Origin: a bacterium
Lineage (GTDB): Bacteria; Cyanobacteriota; Vampirovibrionia; Gastranaerophilales; JBAXKC01
Direction of reading: 5' to 3'
DNA: 64,000 nucleotides
Assembly: GCA_037137535.1 (NCBI GenBank)
Contig: JBAXKC010000008.1
Location: forward strand, 1 to 64,000
Shown: one piece after another, positions 40,719-51,421 of the stretch
How the letters are laid out: every line of letters starts with the position of its first letter
Position numbering within the stretch: position 1 is the first letter of the stretch
Notes under the pieces: generated by a model
What the model was told of the DNA's origin: nothing
The model's database searches: none
What the model saw: only the letters and a program-made list of their open reading frames with translations
Program-made: the position numbers and the translations under genes

Positions 40719-42527
40719 TTAGACCTTTTCGCTAAGCTCTTGTTCATTAACTTTAAATTGAGCCATATAAAGATTTTTATAACGTCCATGTTCTCTTGTC
40801 ATAAGATCATCATGACTACCAATTTCTACAATTTGCCCATCATCAATAACAGCAATTCTAGTTGCATTTTTAACAGTTGAAAGTCTATGAGCAATTACAA
40901 ATACTGTTCTATTTTCCATAAGTTTTTCAATGGCACATTGAACAACAGCTTCAGATTTATTATCTAAAGCACTTGTAGCCTCATCTAAAACAATAATTGG
41001 AGCATTTTTAATTAAAGCTCTGGCAATAGCAACCCTTTGCTTTTGTCCGCCTGATAATAAAACACCACGTTCACCAACTTTAGTGTCTAAACCAAATTCA
41101 AGTGAGTTTATAAAATCTTCAAGATAAGCATTTTTAACAACTTCTAATAGTTGCTCATCTGTAGCAGAAGGATTTCCTAATAGAATATTTTCTCTGATTG
41201 TACCGTCAAATAAGAAATTATCTTGAAAGACTACTGCGATTTGATCTCTAAGAGAGTTAATTTTAATATCTCTAATATCAATGCCATCTATTTTAATTGA
41301 ACCCGCTAAAACATCATAAAATCTAGGAATTAAGTTTACTAATGTAGACTTTCCGCCACCTGAGTTTCCAACTAAAGCAAGTGTTTCGCCGACTTTAACA
41401 TTAAGATTGATATTATTTAAAACAATTTTATCTTTAATATATTCAAAGGTTACATTTTCAAATGTAATTGAATTTTTCACATCATTAATTTCAACTGAGT
41501 TTTTATTTTCTTTAATGGATGATTCTGAATCTAATAAACCAAGAATTCTACCCATCGCAAAAAAAGCATTTTGAGCTTGAGAAGCTGTATTTCCAAGTGT
41601 CTTAATTGGCTGATATAAGAGGATTAAGGCAATAATGAAAGAAGCTAAACTTCCTGTTGTTAATTGATGTGTTTTAATTAAATAACTGCTAAAACCAACT
41701 ACTATAGCTAAGCCGCAAGCGCTGATAAATTGAACTGACGGACCAATTAAAGCTGTTGCTTGAATACTCTTTATACTTAGATAAAAACCACGTTGTAAAG
41801 AATTTTTAAATTTGTTAGTTTGTGTTCCTTGAAGATTATAAGAAGCAACTGTTCTATTACCTGAACATGTTTCGTTATAAACTGTATAAATTTCTCCACC
41901 TAACTTAATGTTTTCATCAGATATAAATTTCAATTTTTTTCTTAATTGCTTTAACGGTAAAAATGCACATCCAAGTACAACTATAGCAATAATTGCAAGC
42001 TGCCATGAGTTATAAAGTAATACGCTTATTAATGAAATTGAGGAAAATAATCTTGATAAAAATAATCTTAAGTTTGAAACAAGTCCGCTAGATGCTTGAT
42101 CCACATCGGAATTAAATCTTGAAACAATCAAACCTGTCGGATTTTTGTCATAAAATGCAGATTCGTAGGTTAAAAGTTTTTTAAACATAACATCTTTAAT
42201 ATCTTGAGTTATTTTAGTAGCGACCCAAGTATTGTAGTATGCGGATAAGTAGTTTAATACACCTTGAACAGTTGCAAATAATACAATTAACAAAGGGACA
42301 CCAACTACAAACATCATGTTTAAATTTTTGTTCAATTGATCAATAAACTTCTGAACAAATACAGGTGTAGCACCATCTAATGCTCCTATCGGAATTGATA
42401 AAAGCATTGCGAAAATAGTTCTGCCCAGATAAGGTTTAATATACGGAAATAACCTTTTCAGACAATAAAAATAATCATTTTTACTATCGTTTTTATCTCT
42501 ATTGAAATCTGCTAAATTCATTACCAT
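40719..42527 (-). CDS. msbA: MsbA-like ABC exporter (permease plus ATPase)
   Basis: Six-TM N-half; GNSGGGKST, LSGGQKQR, LDEATSALD, IAHRLST. Confidence 0.85.
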   Translation of the reverse strand: MVMNLADFNRDKNDSKNDYFYCLKRLFPYIKPYLGRTIFAMLLSIPIGALDGATPVFVQKFIDQLNKNLNMMFVVGVPLLIVLFATVQGVLNYLSAYYNTWVATKITQDIKDVMFKKLLTYESAFYDKNPTGLIVSRFNSDVDQASSGLVSNLRLFLSRLFSSISLISVLLYNSWQLAIIAIVVLGCAFLPLKQLRKKLKFISDENIKLGGEIYTVYNETCSGNRTVASYNLQGTQTNKFKNSLQRGFYLSIKSIQATALIGPSVQFISACGLAIVVGFSSYLIKTHQLTTGSLASFIIALILLYQPIKTLGNTASQAQNAFFAMGRILGLLDSESSIKENKNSVEINDVKNSITFENVTFEYIKDKIVLNNINLNVKVGETLALVGNSGGGKSTLVNLIPRFYDVLAGSIKIDGIDIRDIKINSLRDQIAVVFQDNFLFDGTIRENILLGNPSATDEQLLEVVKNAYLEDFINSLEFGLDTKVGERGVLLSGGQKQRVAIARALIKNAPIIVLDEATSALDNKSEAVVQCAIEKLMENRTVFVIAHRLSTVKNATRIAVIDDGQIVEIGSHDDLMTREHGRYKNLYMAQFKVNEQELSEKV

Positions 42528-42558
42528 AATATATTAAATCTCCCCAGTCCTGCTTAAG

Positions 42559-43428
42559 TTAATATTCAGTTATTAATTTCATTAAATGTTTAGAATATTC
42601 TGAATTCTTATATTTTAATGCTAATTGTTCTACTTGTTGTTTATTTATAAATCCTTTAGATAAAGCTATTTCCTCTATACAGGCAACTTTTATCCCTTGA
42701 TTTATTTCTATAGCTTCAATATATTGCGACGCTCTCATTAAGGAATCATTTGTTCCTGTGTCAAGCCAAGCAAAGCCTCTACCAAATAATTCAACCTTTA
42801 AATTACCTTTTTCAAGATAAATTCTGTTCAAATCGGTTATTTCAAGTTCGCCTCTAGCGGAAGGTTTTAAATTTTTTGCATATTCAATTACTTTATTGTC
42901 ATAAAAATACAAACCTGTTACAGCATAATCCGACTTTGGATTTACAGGTTTCTCTTCAATAGATAATGCATTACCGAATTCATCAAAATCTACAACGCCG
43001 AAACGCTCAGGGTCTCTTACTTTATAGCCAAATACAGTTGCACCATTTTCTCTATTTACTGCATTATTGAGCATTGCAGTAAATCCTGAGCCATAAAAAA
43101 TATTATCACCTAAAACTAAGGCAACATTATCATCACCGATGAAAGACTCGCCAATAATAAAAGCTTGCGCTAAACCGTCAGGCGATGGTTGAATTGCGTA
43201 TTGAATATTTAATCCGTAATCAGAGCCGTCATTGAATAATGCTTCAAACCTAGAAGTATCTTCAGGAGTAGAAATAATTAGAATATCTTTAATACCTGCA
43301 AGCATTAATACAGATAAAGGATAATAAATCATAGGTTTATCATAAACAGGCAAAAGCTGTTTACAAACTACTTTTGTCAAAGGATAAAGCCTAGTGCCGG
43401 AACCGCCTGCTAAAATAATTCCCTTCAT
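42559..43428 (-). CDS. rfbA: Glucose-1-phosphate thymidylyltransferase (RmlA)
   Basis: [53 protein letters not shown]. Confidence 0.97.
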   Translation of the reverse strand: MKGIILAGGSGTRLYPLTKVVCKQLLPVYDKPMIYYPLSVLMLAGIKDILIISTPEDTSRFEALFNDGSDYGLNIQYAIQPSPDGLAQAFIIGESFIGDDNVALVLGDNIFYGSGFTAMLNNAVNRENGATVFGYKVRDPERFGVVDFDEFGNALSIEEKPVNPKSDYAVTGLYFYDNKVIEYAKNLKPSARGELEITDLNRIYLEKGNLKVELFGRGFAWLDTGTNDSLMRASQYIEAIEINQGIKVACIEEIALSKGFINKQQVEQLALKYKNSEYSKHLMKLITEY

Positions 43429-44255
43429 AAACTCTTTTTAATCTCCAAATATTCTTCCAATGATTTTTCCCAATTATCAAGCAAACCATTATTATTCATA
43501 GCTGAAAACTTAGGTCTTTTAGCGGCTCGGGGAAATTCATCCGTTGTTACCGGGATAACGTTAATATCAATATCAGATAATTCAAAAATTTTCTCGGCAA
43601 ATCCATGCCAGCTGGTATATCCTGTGCCACACATATGATAAACACCATATCGTTTTTTATAAAATATTAAATCCAGTAATGCATTAGATAACGCAACAGT
43701 CCATGTTGGGCAACCAATCTGATCTGCAACTACTTTCAATTCACTATTTTTTTGAGAAAGTGAAATCATAGTATCTACAAAGTTTTTGCCGTATTGACCA
43801 TAAAGCCAGCTTGTTCTGGCAATATAACTTTGTGGATTATGTTGTTGTACAACAACTTCACCTGCTAATTTTGACGCTCCATAAACATTTATGGGGTTTG
43901 TTTTATCCGTTATTTCGTAAGAACTACCCTTTTCACCATCAAAAACATAATCTGTACTTATATAAATAAGCGGGATATTTTCTTTAGCAGTAGCTAGAGC
44001 AATATACTCTGCACCTGTTGCATTAATTAAATATGCAGTATATTTATCATCTTCAGCCGCATCAACATTAGTATAAGCAGCACAATGTATGACATAATCA
44101 GGTTTCTTTGCTGAAATTGTTTCATTTACTGAGTTTAAATCGGTAATATCCATATCTTTGACATCTGTTAGTATAGGCTCAATGTCATTTTCAATTAAAA
44201 CTTGAGTTAAATCTTTGCCTAACATTCCGTTAGCACCTGTTAATAATATTTTCAT
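43425..44255 (-). CDS. rfbD: dTDP-4-dehydrorhamnose reductase (RmlD)
   Basis: [42 protein letters not shown]. Confidence 0.96.
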   Translation of the reverse strand: MKILLTGANGMLGKDLTQVLIENDIEPILTDVKDMDITDLNSVNETISAKKPDYVIHCAAYTNVDAAEDDKYTAYLINATGAEYIALATAKENIPLIYISTDYVFDGEKGSSYEITDKTNPINVYGASKLAGEVVVQQHNPQSYIARTSWLYGQYGKNFVDTMISLSQKNSELKVVADQIGCPTWTVALSNALLDLIFYKKRYGVYHMCGTGYTSWHGFAEKIFELSDIDINVIPVTTDEFPRAAKRPKFSAMNNNGLLDNWEKSLEEYLEIKKSL

Positions 44256-45232
44256 GCTTGAGCCACTTTTTTATTTACTAAACTTTCAACCCAATCTTTA
44301 TTGTTTAAATACCAATCGATAGTAATTTGAATACCTTCATCAAAGCAAACTTTCGGTTCCCATCCAAGTTCTTTCTGTATTTTTGAACTATCAATGGCAT
44401 ATCTTCTATCATGACCAAGTCTATCTTCAACATATTTAATTAAAGAATCAGGTTTACCTAATTTATCAAGAATAATACGGGTAATTTCCATGTTTGTTTT
44501 TTCGTTATTACCGCCAATATTGTAGACTTCACCATCTTTGCCTTTATGCAATACAGCATCTATAGCGCTGCAATGATCATAAACGTATAACCAGTCTCTA
44601 ACATTTAATCCATCACCATATACAGGGATTTGCTTATCATTTAACAAATTATTTATGAAAAGTGGAATAAGTTTTTCAGGGTATTGATAAGGCCCATAAT
44701 TATTTGAACAACGGGTAATTAATACAGGCATTTTATATGTTTCAAAATAAGCTCTTACAATCATATCAGCACTGGCTTTTGTTGCTGAATACGGACTATT
44801 TGGAGCTAATGGGGTTAATTCGGTAAAGTAACCTGTTTTACCAAGACTTCCATAAACTTCGTCAGTAGAAACCTGTAAATACTTATCAATTTTGGCTTCT
44901 TTTGCAGCGTGTATAAGAGTTTGAGTACCCATTACATTTGTTTGAACAAAAACTTCAGGACCTGTGATACTTCTATCAACATGTGATTCTGCCGCAAAAT
45001 TCAAACAACAGTCAACTTCATTCATTAACTGTGTTACAAGTTTTTTATCACAGATATCGCCATGAACAAAAGTATAATTTTTATTAGAGGTTAAATCCTT
45101 TAAGTTATCGACATTTCCTGCATAAGTTAATAAATCTAAGTTAATAACTTTATAATCAGGATACTTTGCTAAAATATGTCTGATAAAACAACTTCCTATA
45201 AAACCGGCTCCGCCTGTAACAAGTAATTTCAT
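44252..45232 (-). CDS. rfbB: dTDP-glucose 4,6-dehydratase (RmlB)
   Basis: TGGAGFIGS, LTYAGN, AESHVDRSI, STDEVYG, YSATKA, SNNYGP, DRLGHDRRYA. Confidence 0.97.
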   Translation of the reverse strand: MKLLVTGGAGFIGSCFIRHILAKYPDYKVINLDLLTYAGNVDNLKDLTSNKNYTFVHGDICDKKLVTQLMNEVDCCLNFAAESHVDRSITGPEVFVQTNVMGTQTLIHAAKEAKIDKYLQVSTDEVYGSLGKTGYFTELTPLAPNSPYSATKASADMIVRAYFETYKMPVLITRCSNNYGPYQYPEKLIPLFINNLLNDKQIPVYGDGLNVRDWLYVYDHCSAIDAVLHKGKDGEVYNIGGNNEKTNMEITRIILDKLGKPDSLIKYVEDRLGHDRRYAIDSSKIQKELGWEPKVCFDEGIQITIDWYLNNKDWVESLVNKKVAQA

Positions 45233-45235
45233 TTG

Positions 45236-45811
45236 TTATTCCTTATCATAGATAAAATTATTAATAGCATTTTCAATAGTAGGCAATATTGCATCTTTCT
45301 CTGAGATTATCGGATTAGTTATACCCCATTTTACACCAATTTCGGGATCAGACCAGAGTATTCCGGCGTCATTTTCAGGGGAATATTCGTCTGATGCTTT
45401 ATAACAAACTTCAGCCGAATTGGATAATACAGAAAAACCATGTGCAAATCCAGCAGGTATGTACAACATTGCTTTATTTTCTTCGTTTAAAACTGCTCCA
45501 ACCCATTTTTTATAGGTAGGTGAATTTTTTCTAATATCAACTGCAACATCAAAGATTTCACCATGTACACAACGAACAAGTTTAGCTTGAGCTTTAGGAT
45601 TAGTCTGATAATGTAAACCTCTGATAACATTCTTTTTCGATCTTGACTGATTATCTTGCATAAAAAGATCTGTAATACCAAACGCTACAAAATCAGAGCG
45701 TTTATATGATTCATAAAAATAACCTCTATCATCTGAGAATGATCTTGGTTCTATTAATACAACTTCTTCTATTTCTAATGGTTTAAAATTAAATGGCATT
45801 TTACATTCCAC
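45236..45811 (-). CDS. rfbC: dTDP-4-dehydrorhamnose 3,5-epimerase (RmlC)
   Basis: DDRGYF, QDNQSRS, RGLHYQ, DVAVDIR..SPT, GFAHGF. Confidence 0.96.
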   Translation of the reverse strand: MECKMPFNFKPLEIEEVVLIEPRSFSDDRGYFYESYKRSDFVAFGITDLFMQDNQSRSKKNVIRGLHYQTNPKAQAKLVRCVHGEIFDVAVDIRKNSPTYKKWVGAVLNEENKAMLYIPAGFAHGFSVLSNSAEVCYKASDEYSPENDAGILWSDPEIGVKWGITNPIISEKDAILPTIENAINNFIYDKE

Positions 45812-45890
45812 GCTATTTTCTCTCTTCTAGAATATCGCAAAAGTAACTTAATTAAAAACGAATATAATTATTGATTAATAGTAATTTACA

Positions 45891-45923
45891 AAAAATTCAG
45901 GCGACTATATTAGCCGCCTGAAT
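45891..45923 (-). terminator. Rho-independent terminator after tmk
   Basis: ATTCAGGCGGCTA-ATA-TAGTCGCCTGAAT-TTTT on the - strand. Confidence 0.75.
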
Positions 45924-45943
45924 AAAATAAACATATTTTAAAG

Positions 45944-46570
45944 TTAAATAACTTGCTTTTCTTTTAAAACTGATATTAATTGAGTAAAAATATCTTCTAT
46001 CGACTGATTTGCATTAATAATTACGAATCTGGAAGGATCAGACTTTGCTACTTCAAGATAACCCTGTCTTACTTTTTTATGAAACTCTTGAGCTTCAGAC
46101 TCAAAGCGATCTTTTTCTCTTGCAATTCGATTTGCTGCTGTATCGGTATCAATATCCAGTAATATTGTCAAATCCGGGATTAATCCTCTAGTTGCGATTT
46201 TATTTAATTCTATTATTTGATTAAGGTCAATACCTCGTCCATAACCTTGATAAGCAAGACTTGAATCAATAAATCTATCGCAAAGTACGATATTCCCCTC
46301 TTTTAGAGCAGGTAATATTTTTTCATCAACATGTTGAGATCTGTCTGCAAGATATAAGAATAACTCACAATTTGGTGAAATATAATTCGGGTAATGAAGT
46401 AAAATTTGACGCAAAGAAGACCCGAGTTCTGTGCCCCCCGGGTCTCTTGTTTGAATGTTTTTGGTATTATTGTTAGTTAAATAATTTGAAAGTTTTGAAA
46501 TCTGTGTTGTTTTACCTGAGCCATCAGCCCCTTCAAATGTTATAAAGTAACCTTTTTGTTTATCCGACAT
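45944..46570 (-). CDS. tmk: Thymidylate kinase
   Basis: FITFEGADGSGKTTQ, RDPGGT, CDRFIDSSLAYQG. Confidence 0.96.
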   Translation of the reverse strand: MSDKQKGYFITFEGADGSGKTTQISKLSNYLTNNNTKNIQTRDPGGTELGSSLRQILLHYPNYISPNCELFLYLADRSQHVDEKILPALKEGNIVLCDRFIDSSLAYQGYGRGIDLNQIIELNKIATRGLIPDLTILLDIDTDTAANRIAREKDRFESEAQEFHKKVRQGYLEVAKSDPSRFVIINANQSIEDIFTQLISVLKEKQVI

Positions 46571-48194
46571 TTTTTAATCCTTGTCCGCATGATAAGACTT
46601 TTAGTCTTCTATTCGGTTCATCTCCGATACTTTTACTAGTCAAATTATGTTGTTCTACAAGCTCATGCTGTAATCTTCTTATGTGTTGCTTTCTTGGCAA
46701 GAGTTCAATTTCAGGAACACCTGCAAGAACTTTATTAACAGCAGTTTTTGCTTCTTCCAGGGCTTCATCAGTTTCATTAAAGAAAGATTCTTCCATCATA
46801 TCACCTGCATCGCATTTAATATTAAGAGCTTCTTTAATAGTTTTTTGAATATTGCCCATAGTATTTGACTTAACAAAGTATATCGGAATCTGATAGTTCT
46901 TGGCAACATTTAGTATTTTAGCACCAGCTTTTTCATAGCTTTTATGAGAAATAACAATATCGGCTTCATCAATATTTCTTGTTACTTCTGCATTTATATC
47001 AAGACGTTCAATTAATTTATCTATTAGTGAGCGACTAACTGCATATATATAAATTTTCTTATTTGGTTGAAAATCTTTCATATATTTATCTATGTCAAAA
47101 TCATCATAAGATTGAGGAGTTGCATTAAATAACTTTGGTTTTTCTCTGGTTTCTACTGGCTGTAATGACGGGTGCACCTGTTCTTTTTTAACTACTTCAA
47201 CAGAACAGGAAGTATAAGTTTCATCTACATTCCTAATTTCAGGTTGAATTGGCCAACCTCTAAGAATGAAATCAACAGCTTCAGTCGTATTTTTATAAAC
47301 AGCAAGAGTATTTCTATCAACGATTTCAACGACCATGTCAAATGTTGGTTGTTTTTCTCTTTCTAGGATGGTTTTTTGACATGATCTTTTTCTTGCTTCA
47401 TCATCGCCAAGAGTAACAGAGCTGATACCACCTACTAAATCTGATAAAAGAGGGTTTTTAATTAAATTTTCAAGGACATTACCATGTGCTGTTGCAACAA
47501 GCATAACTCCTCGTTCTGCGATGGTTCTTGCAGCTAATGCTTCAGCTTCTGTTCCTATTTCATCAACAACTATGACTTCGGGGGTATGGTTTTCAACTGC
47601 TTCAATCATAACATCTTTTTGTTTTTCAGGCGATTCCACCTGCATTCTTCTTGCTCTTCCAATTGCAGCATGCGGAACATCTCCATCACCTGCAATTTCA
47701 TTTGACGTATCAATTACAATTACCCTTTTCCCTAATTCATCTGCAATTAATCTCGCTATTTCTCTCAACTTTGTAGTTTTTCCAACTCCGGGACGTCCCA
47801 AGAACAAAATACTTTTACCTGTAATGACTAAATCTCTTATACATGAAATAGTCCCGGTCACAACTCTACCTACCCTACATGTTAAGCCTATTACATGCCC
47901 CTTACGGTTTCTAATAGCACTTATACGGTGGAGTGTTCCGGGAATACCAGATCGGTTATCCGATGTAAAACTTTCAATTTTTTTCGTGACAGATTCAAGG
48001 TCTTCGAGCGTAACAATTTCCTCGCCAAGATACTCTATTTTTCCGTCAGAGTGTCTTATTTCAGGCGGTCGCCCATAGTCTAGGACAATTTCTGTCAAGT
48101 CATCAAGACATTTGTCCCTCAAGTTCAAGCCAACTTTTCGAGGTAAAACGGATATCATCTTTTCAAGGTCGCTGTAGAAATTTAACTTATCCAT
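46560..48194 (-). CDS. Ycf45/SpoIIIAA-like AAA ATPase with C-terminal R3H domain
   Basis: GRPGVGKTT, DTSNEIAGDG, IEAVENH.PE..VVDEIG, ATAHG; C-terminal R..RRLQHELV; start ATG 48194 after AAGGGAG. Confidence 0.9.
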   Translation of the reverse strand: MDKLNFYSDLEKMISVLPRKVGLNLRDKCLDDLTEIVLDYGRPPEIRHSDGKIEYLGEEIVTLEDLESVTKKIESFTSDNRSGIPGTLHRISAIRNRKGHVIGLTCRVGRVVTGTISCIRDLVITGKSILFLGRPGVGKTTKLREIARLIADELGKRVIVIDTSNEIAGDGDVPHAAIGRARRMQVESPEKQKDVMIEAVENHTPEVIVVDEIGTEAEALAARTIAERGVMLVATAHGNVLENLIKNPLLSDLVGGISSVTLGDDEARKRSCQKTILEREKQPTFDMVVEIVDRNTLAVYKNTTEAVDFILRGWPIQPEIRNVDETYTSCSVEVVKKEQVHPSLQPVETREKPKLFNATPQSYDDFDIDKYMKDFQPNKKIYIYAVSRSLIDKLIERLDINAEVTRNIDEADIVISHKSYEKAGAKILNVAKNYQIPIYFVKSNTMGNIQKTIKEALNIKCDAGDMMEESFFNETDEALEEAKTAVNKVLAGVPEIELLPRKQHIRRLQHELVEQHNLTSKSIGDEPNRRLKVLSCGQGLKNVG

Positions 48195-48591
48195 ATCTCC
48201 CTTTCTATATAAGTGAACTGAATTACTCTCAATATATTCATGGCTTTTCATCTTATATTGCAATTCTCCCAAGTCAGTTAATATATCTTTTAGTGGACTG
48301 GATTAGACTCTTAATTTATTGACCTTGATACCCTTTACATTAATATTATAGCTTATTTTGTTTTAGTTGTCATGCATAACTGCTAAATATGTAGTAATAT
48401 CTAAACATTTGTTAAAATTAAAATACAACCGCTGGTTTATTGTTATTTTAATTAAAAATTACCAACTTGAAATGAAATTAATTTATAAAAAGAATTATCT
48501 TATGTGAATACATTGATAACATCAAAGCATAATTTTAAAAAATAAAAAAGTGTTAAAATCTAAAATAAGTGGTAAATAATATTAAGTTAAC

Positions 48592-49713
48592 ATGAGGTTT
48601 AAACTAATGAAAAAAATAGTATTAGTTACAACATTAGCAATTTTTATTACGGTGCATTCTGCAAATGCACAGCAAGCTACTAATTTTAATATGAATACGT
48701 CAATAAATTCTCAAATTCAATTATCAGATGAAAGTAATAAATTTAATATTCTTAAAAATACTCAACCTCAACTTGCAGATTTAGGTTATAAATCACTCTC
48801 AATACCTTATTTATATAAATCAAACTATTCTGATACTCCATACTTAATTTGGGACGATAATATAAATAATTTTTATTTCATCTCCCCAAGAATACCTGTT
48901 GAGTCAATACTTAAATACAATAAAATAAATAATTACGTTCCCACGGCAAATATATTAAATCAAATGTGCCAAAATTGGGAAGCTATCGATAGCAAAAAAC
49001 TTTTAGAAGCGACTATAATCTCATCTACAGTTAAAAAATATAAATCTGATCCTAATTTCAAAAAAATTGATAAACTAAGTAATATGACTTTATCAGATAT
49101 TGCTTTATCTTCTGATAAATTTAAAGCACGTTATCTATATGAACAATCTTATAGAAATCAAGTTAACGAGGCATTATTAAAACTTCAAAACGAATATACA
49201 AAATCTAAAAACATTACAATTGCAAATACAATAAATAATTTAAGAACAAAAAGTATTGCTTTAGAAACACTTAAAGCTACTCCTATCATTCAAAATATAC
49301 AGCAATTTACATCGCCTCAAAACATAACAAATACTGCGCCTATAAATAATTATTCTCAAAATATTAATCAAGGTTTAAATAATTTTATTCAGCAATCTAC
49401 AATTCCACAAGCAACAACTGGAATAATGAATAATTTAATACCGCAGTCCTATGATACACAAACTCAAACACAAGTTACTGAGCCTAACGTATTTCAACAA
49501 TCGTTAGATATGCTAAACACTATTAATAATGTAAAACAGCAAATTAAGAGTCAAGTAGGCGTTAATGGAGCAGTTATAGTTCCTAAAGCTGATAAATTAG
49601 ATAAAGTTATGAATATTTTGAATATGTTTAATCAAAATACAACTAATAACAGCATGTATTTACCTAACAATCCCTATATGTATAACAATACAAATGGAAT
49701 AATCAATAGGTAA
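48592..49713 (+). CDS. Hypothetical exported protein, N/Q-rich
   Basis: Signal-peptide-like MKKIVLVTTLAIFITVHSANA; low-complexity C-half. Confidence 0.65.
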   Translation: MRFKLMKKIVLVTTLAIFITVHSANAQQATNFNMNTSINSQIQLSDESNKFNILKNTQPQLADLGYKSLSIPYLYKSNYSDTPYLIWDDNINNFYFISPRIPVESILKYNKINNYVPTANILNQMCQNWEAIDSKKLLEATIISSTVKKYKSDPNFKKIDKLSNMTLSDIALSSDKFKARYLYEQSYRNQVNEALLKLQNEYTKSKNITIANTINNLRTKSIALETLKATPIIQNIQQFTSPQNITNTAPINNYSQNINQGLNNFIQQSTIPQATTGIMNNLIPQSYDTQTQTQVTEPNVFQQSLDMLNTINNVKQQIKSQVGVNGAVIVPKADKLDKVMNILNMFNQNTTNNSMYLPNNPYMYNNTNGIINR

Positions 49714-49721
49714 CAGCATAT

Positions 49722-51305
49722 TTACTTATGATACATAATCAAATAAATATCGCCGGGTTTAAGATTAGCAATAAGTCTGCTATTGTCTGGAAATAAAGAC
49801 ATGGAATTAGCACTTACTAGAGGGTAGGTTGTGAAATAGTTATTTATTAAGTCTTTACCTAATTCCAGTTCAACATTTTGGCTCTTCTTAAAATCGCTAT
49901 TAGCAATCACTAATAGTTTTTCCTGGCCATATTCTCTTATATAAGCAATTACTTGATCTGAATTATTATTTAATGGAGTAATTTGTTTAAAACTACCCTT
50001 AATTATTAAATTTTCATGTTGTACTCTAAAGGCAAGAGCCTTCTTTATTTCTTGTTGAAGCTCGGGATTTGCCCCATGGGGTTTATCAGATAAATTAAAT
50101 ATATCCAATTTTGCATTATGAACAAAATAAGTATTGCAATCGGTACGGCTAGAATCAGCAGCTTTATTTGCATAAGGATATAAATAGTTATCACCTGTTT
50201 CAAATCCTGAAATGAAATATGGATTAATTTCGGGTAAGGTTGAATTGAATATAATTATTTGTTTTGAAAGTTTTACGCCAAGTGTATAGATGGGGCTTTC
50301 TTCATCATGTGTCGCAAATGAACCGATAGCTGCTTTCTTTGTTTTAAAAGAATTCAACATTTTTTTATTATAACTAATTTGGTTAAAGAACTCTGAGGCC
50401 GTTTTCCATTCATCCACTTTAAAATAACTGCCATAATAAGCATCAAAACCGGAGCTTAATAACTTTTCAGGAGGCGTAGAATGTAATTCGGGTGAAATAT
50501 CACCTAACCAAGAATCAGAACTTTCTGCAAGAAATCCAAACTGTGGATCTTTTTGTCTTGCGTAAGATATAATTTCACTCCAGAATGCAGGTGGCTTTAA
50601 TGCTGCAACATCAGCTCTTATTCCATCAATTCCAAGTTTTAGACACATATCAACAAAATCTTTATGAAGTTTAATTAGATCATAATTAAGTTTTTTAGTA
50701 CTTTCATCAGAATAAACTTTGAATAATCGGACATCTTTCCAATCTAAAGGAATTAGAGGGTTATTATTTTTATCTTTTAAAAAGAGTTGCGGCTGTTGTG
50801 AAAAAAGCTCAATATTTGCACAGCTTGGTAAATCAAGCATTACTTTGATATTTCTTTTATGACATTCTTTTACAAATAATTTTGCTTCTTCTTCAACACT
50901 CATCGGATTAGTTTTATCATCTAATGAAGGTTCGATTTCATTAAAACTAACAGGCGAATAAACTGAACCTGCTGTACCTAATGCTTGTGTCTTTCCTAAT
51001 TTATTAATAGGAAGCATGTGTATTGTATTAATATTTAAACTTTTTAATTCGTCTAATCGCTTAATGGCGTTTAAAAAATTACCTGTGACTTCACCTTTTT
51101 CAGGTTCTATTAACCTGTCTCCATTTTTATCACTAGCATTAAAAGTTCTTATGATTAATGCGTATATAACAGCTTTTCTATTTGATAGCATGGAAGAAAG
51201 ATTATTTTTATATATTTCCGCCGAAGAAACATTTTGAGAAAACATCGAAAAACCTAGTAATATTGAACTTATACAAGCTATTGAGCAAGCATTTTTTACT
51301 TTCAT
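49722..51305 (-). CDS. Exported GH13 alpha-amylase family glycosidase
   Basis: Signal peptide; VMLD, GIRADVA, FLAESS, ATHDE (Asp/Glu/Asp triad); C-terminal beta domain. Confidence 0.85.
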   Translation of the reverse strand: MKVKNACSIACISSILLGFSMFSQNVSSAEIYKNNLSSMLSNRKAVIYALIIRTFNASDKNGDRLIEPEKGEVTGNFLNAIKRLDELKSLNINTIHMLPINKLGKTQALGTAGSVYSPVSFNEIEPSLDDKTNPMSVEEEAKLFVKECHKRNIKVMLDLPSCANIELFSQQPQLFLKDKNNNPLIPLDWKDVRLFKVYSDESTKKLNYDLIKLHKDFVDMCLKLGIDGIRADVAALKPPAFWSEIISYARQKDPQFGFLAESSDSWLGDISPELHSTPPEKLLSSGFDAYYGSYFKVDEWKTASEFFNQISYNKKMLNSFKTKKAAIGSFATHDEESPIYTLGVKLSKQIIIFNSTLPEINPYFISGFETGDNYLYPYANKAADSSRTDCNTYFVHNAKLDIFNLSDKPHGANPELQQEIKKALAFRVQHENLIIKGSFKQITPLNNNSDQVIAYIREYGQEKLLVIANSDFKKSQNVELELGKDLINNYFTTYPLVSANSMSLFPDNSRLIANLKPGDIYLIMYHK

Positions 51306-51350
51306 CTGATAGATTCCTCTTAATAAAACTTCACATAGTATATACTATCA

Positions 51351-51382
51351 CGCAATTTTTATATACTGAATGTTTTTATATA
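51351..51382 (+). promoter_or_regulatory. Putative promoter, variant of the GCAA-N15-TTTATATA motif
   Basis: CGCAA-TTTTTATATACTGAA-TGTTTTTATATA, ~40 nt upstream of the ATG at 51422. Confidence 0.4.
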
Positions 51383-51421
51383 TATAAGCAGTATATATTT
51401 AGTTTGAAGGAGATAAGTATT

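Noticed and set aside
47521-48078. 185-aa + strand ORF and other short antisense ORFs inside annotated genes
   Set aside because: Fully antisense to well-conserved genes, with no RBS or family motifs
51182-51421. N-terminal 80-aa extension in the ORF track
   Set aside because: Overlaps the divergent amylase start; strong AAGGAG RBS points to ATG 51422
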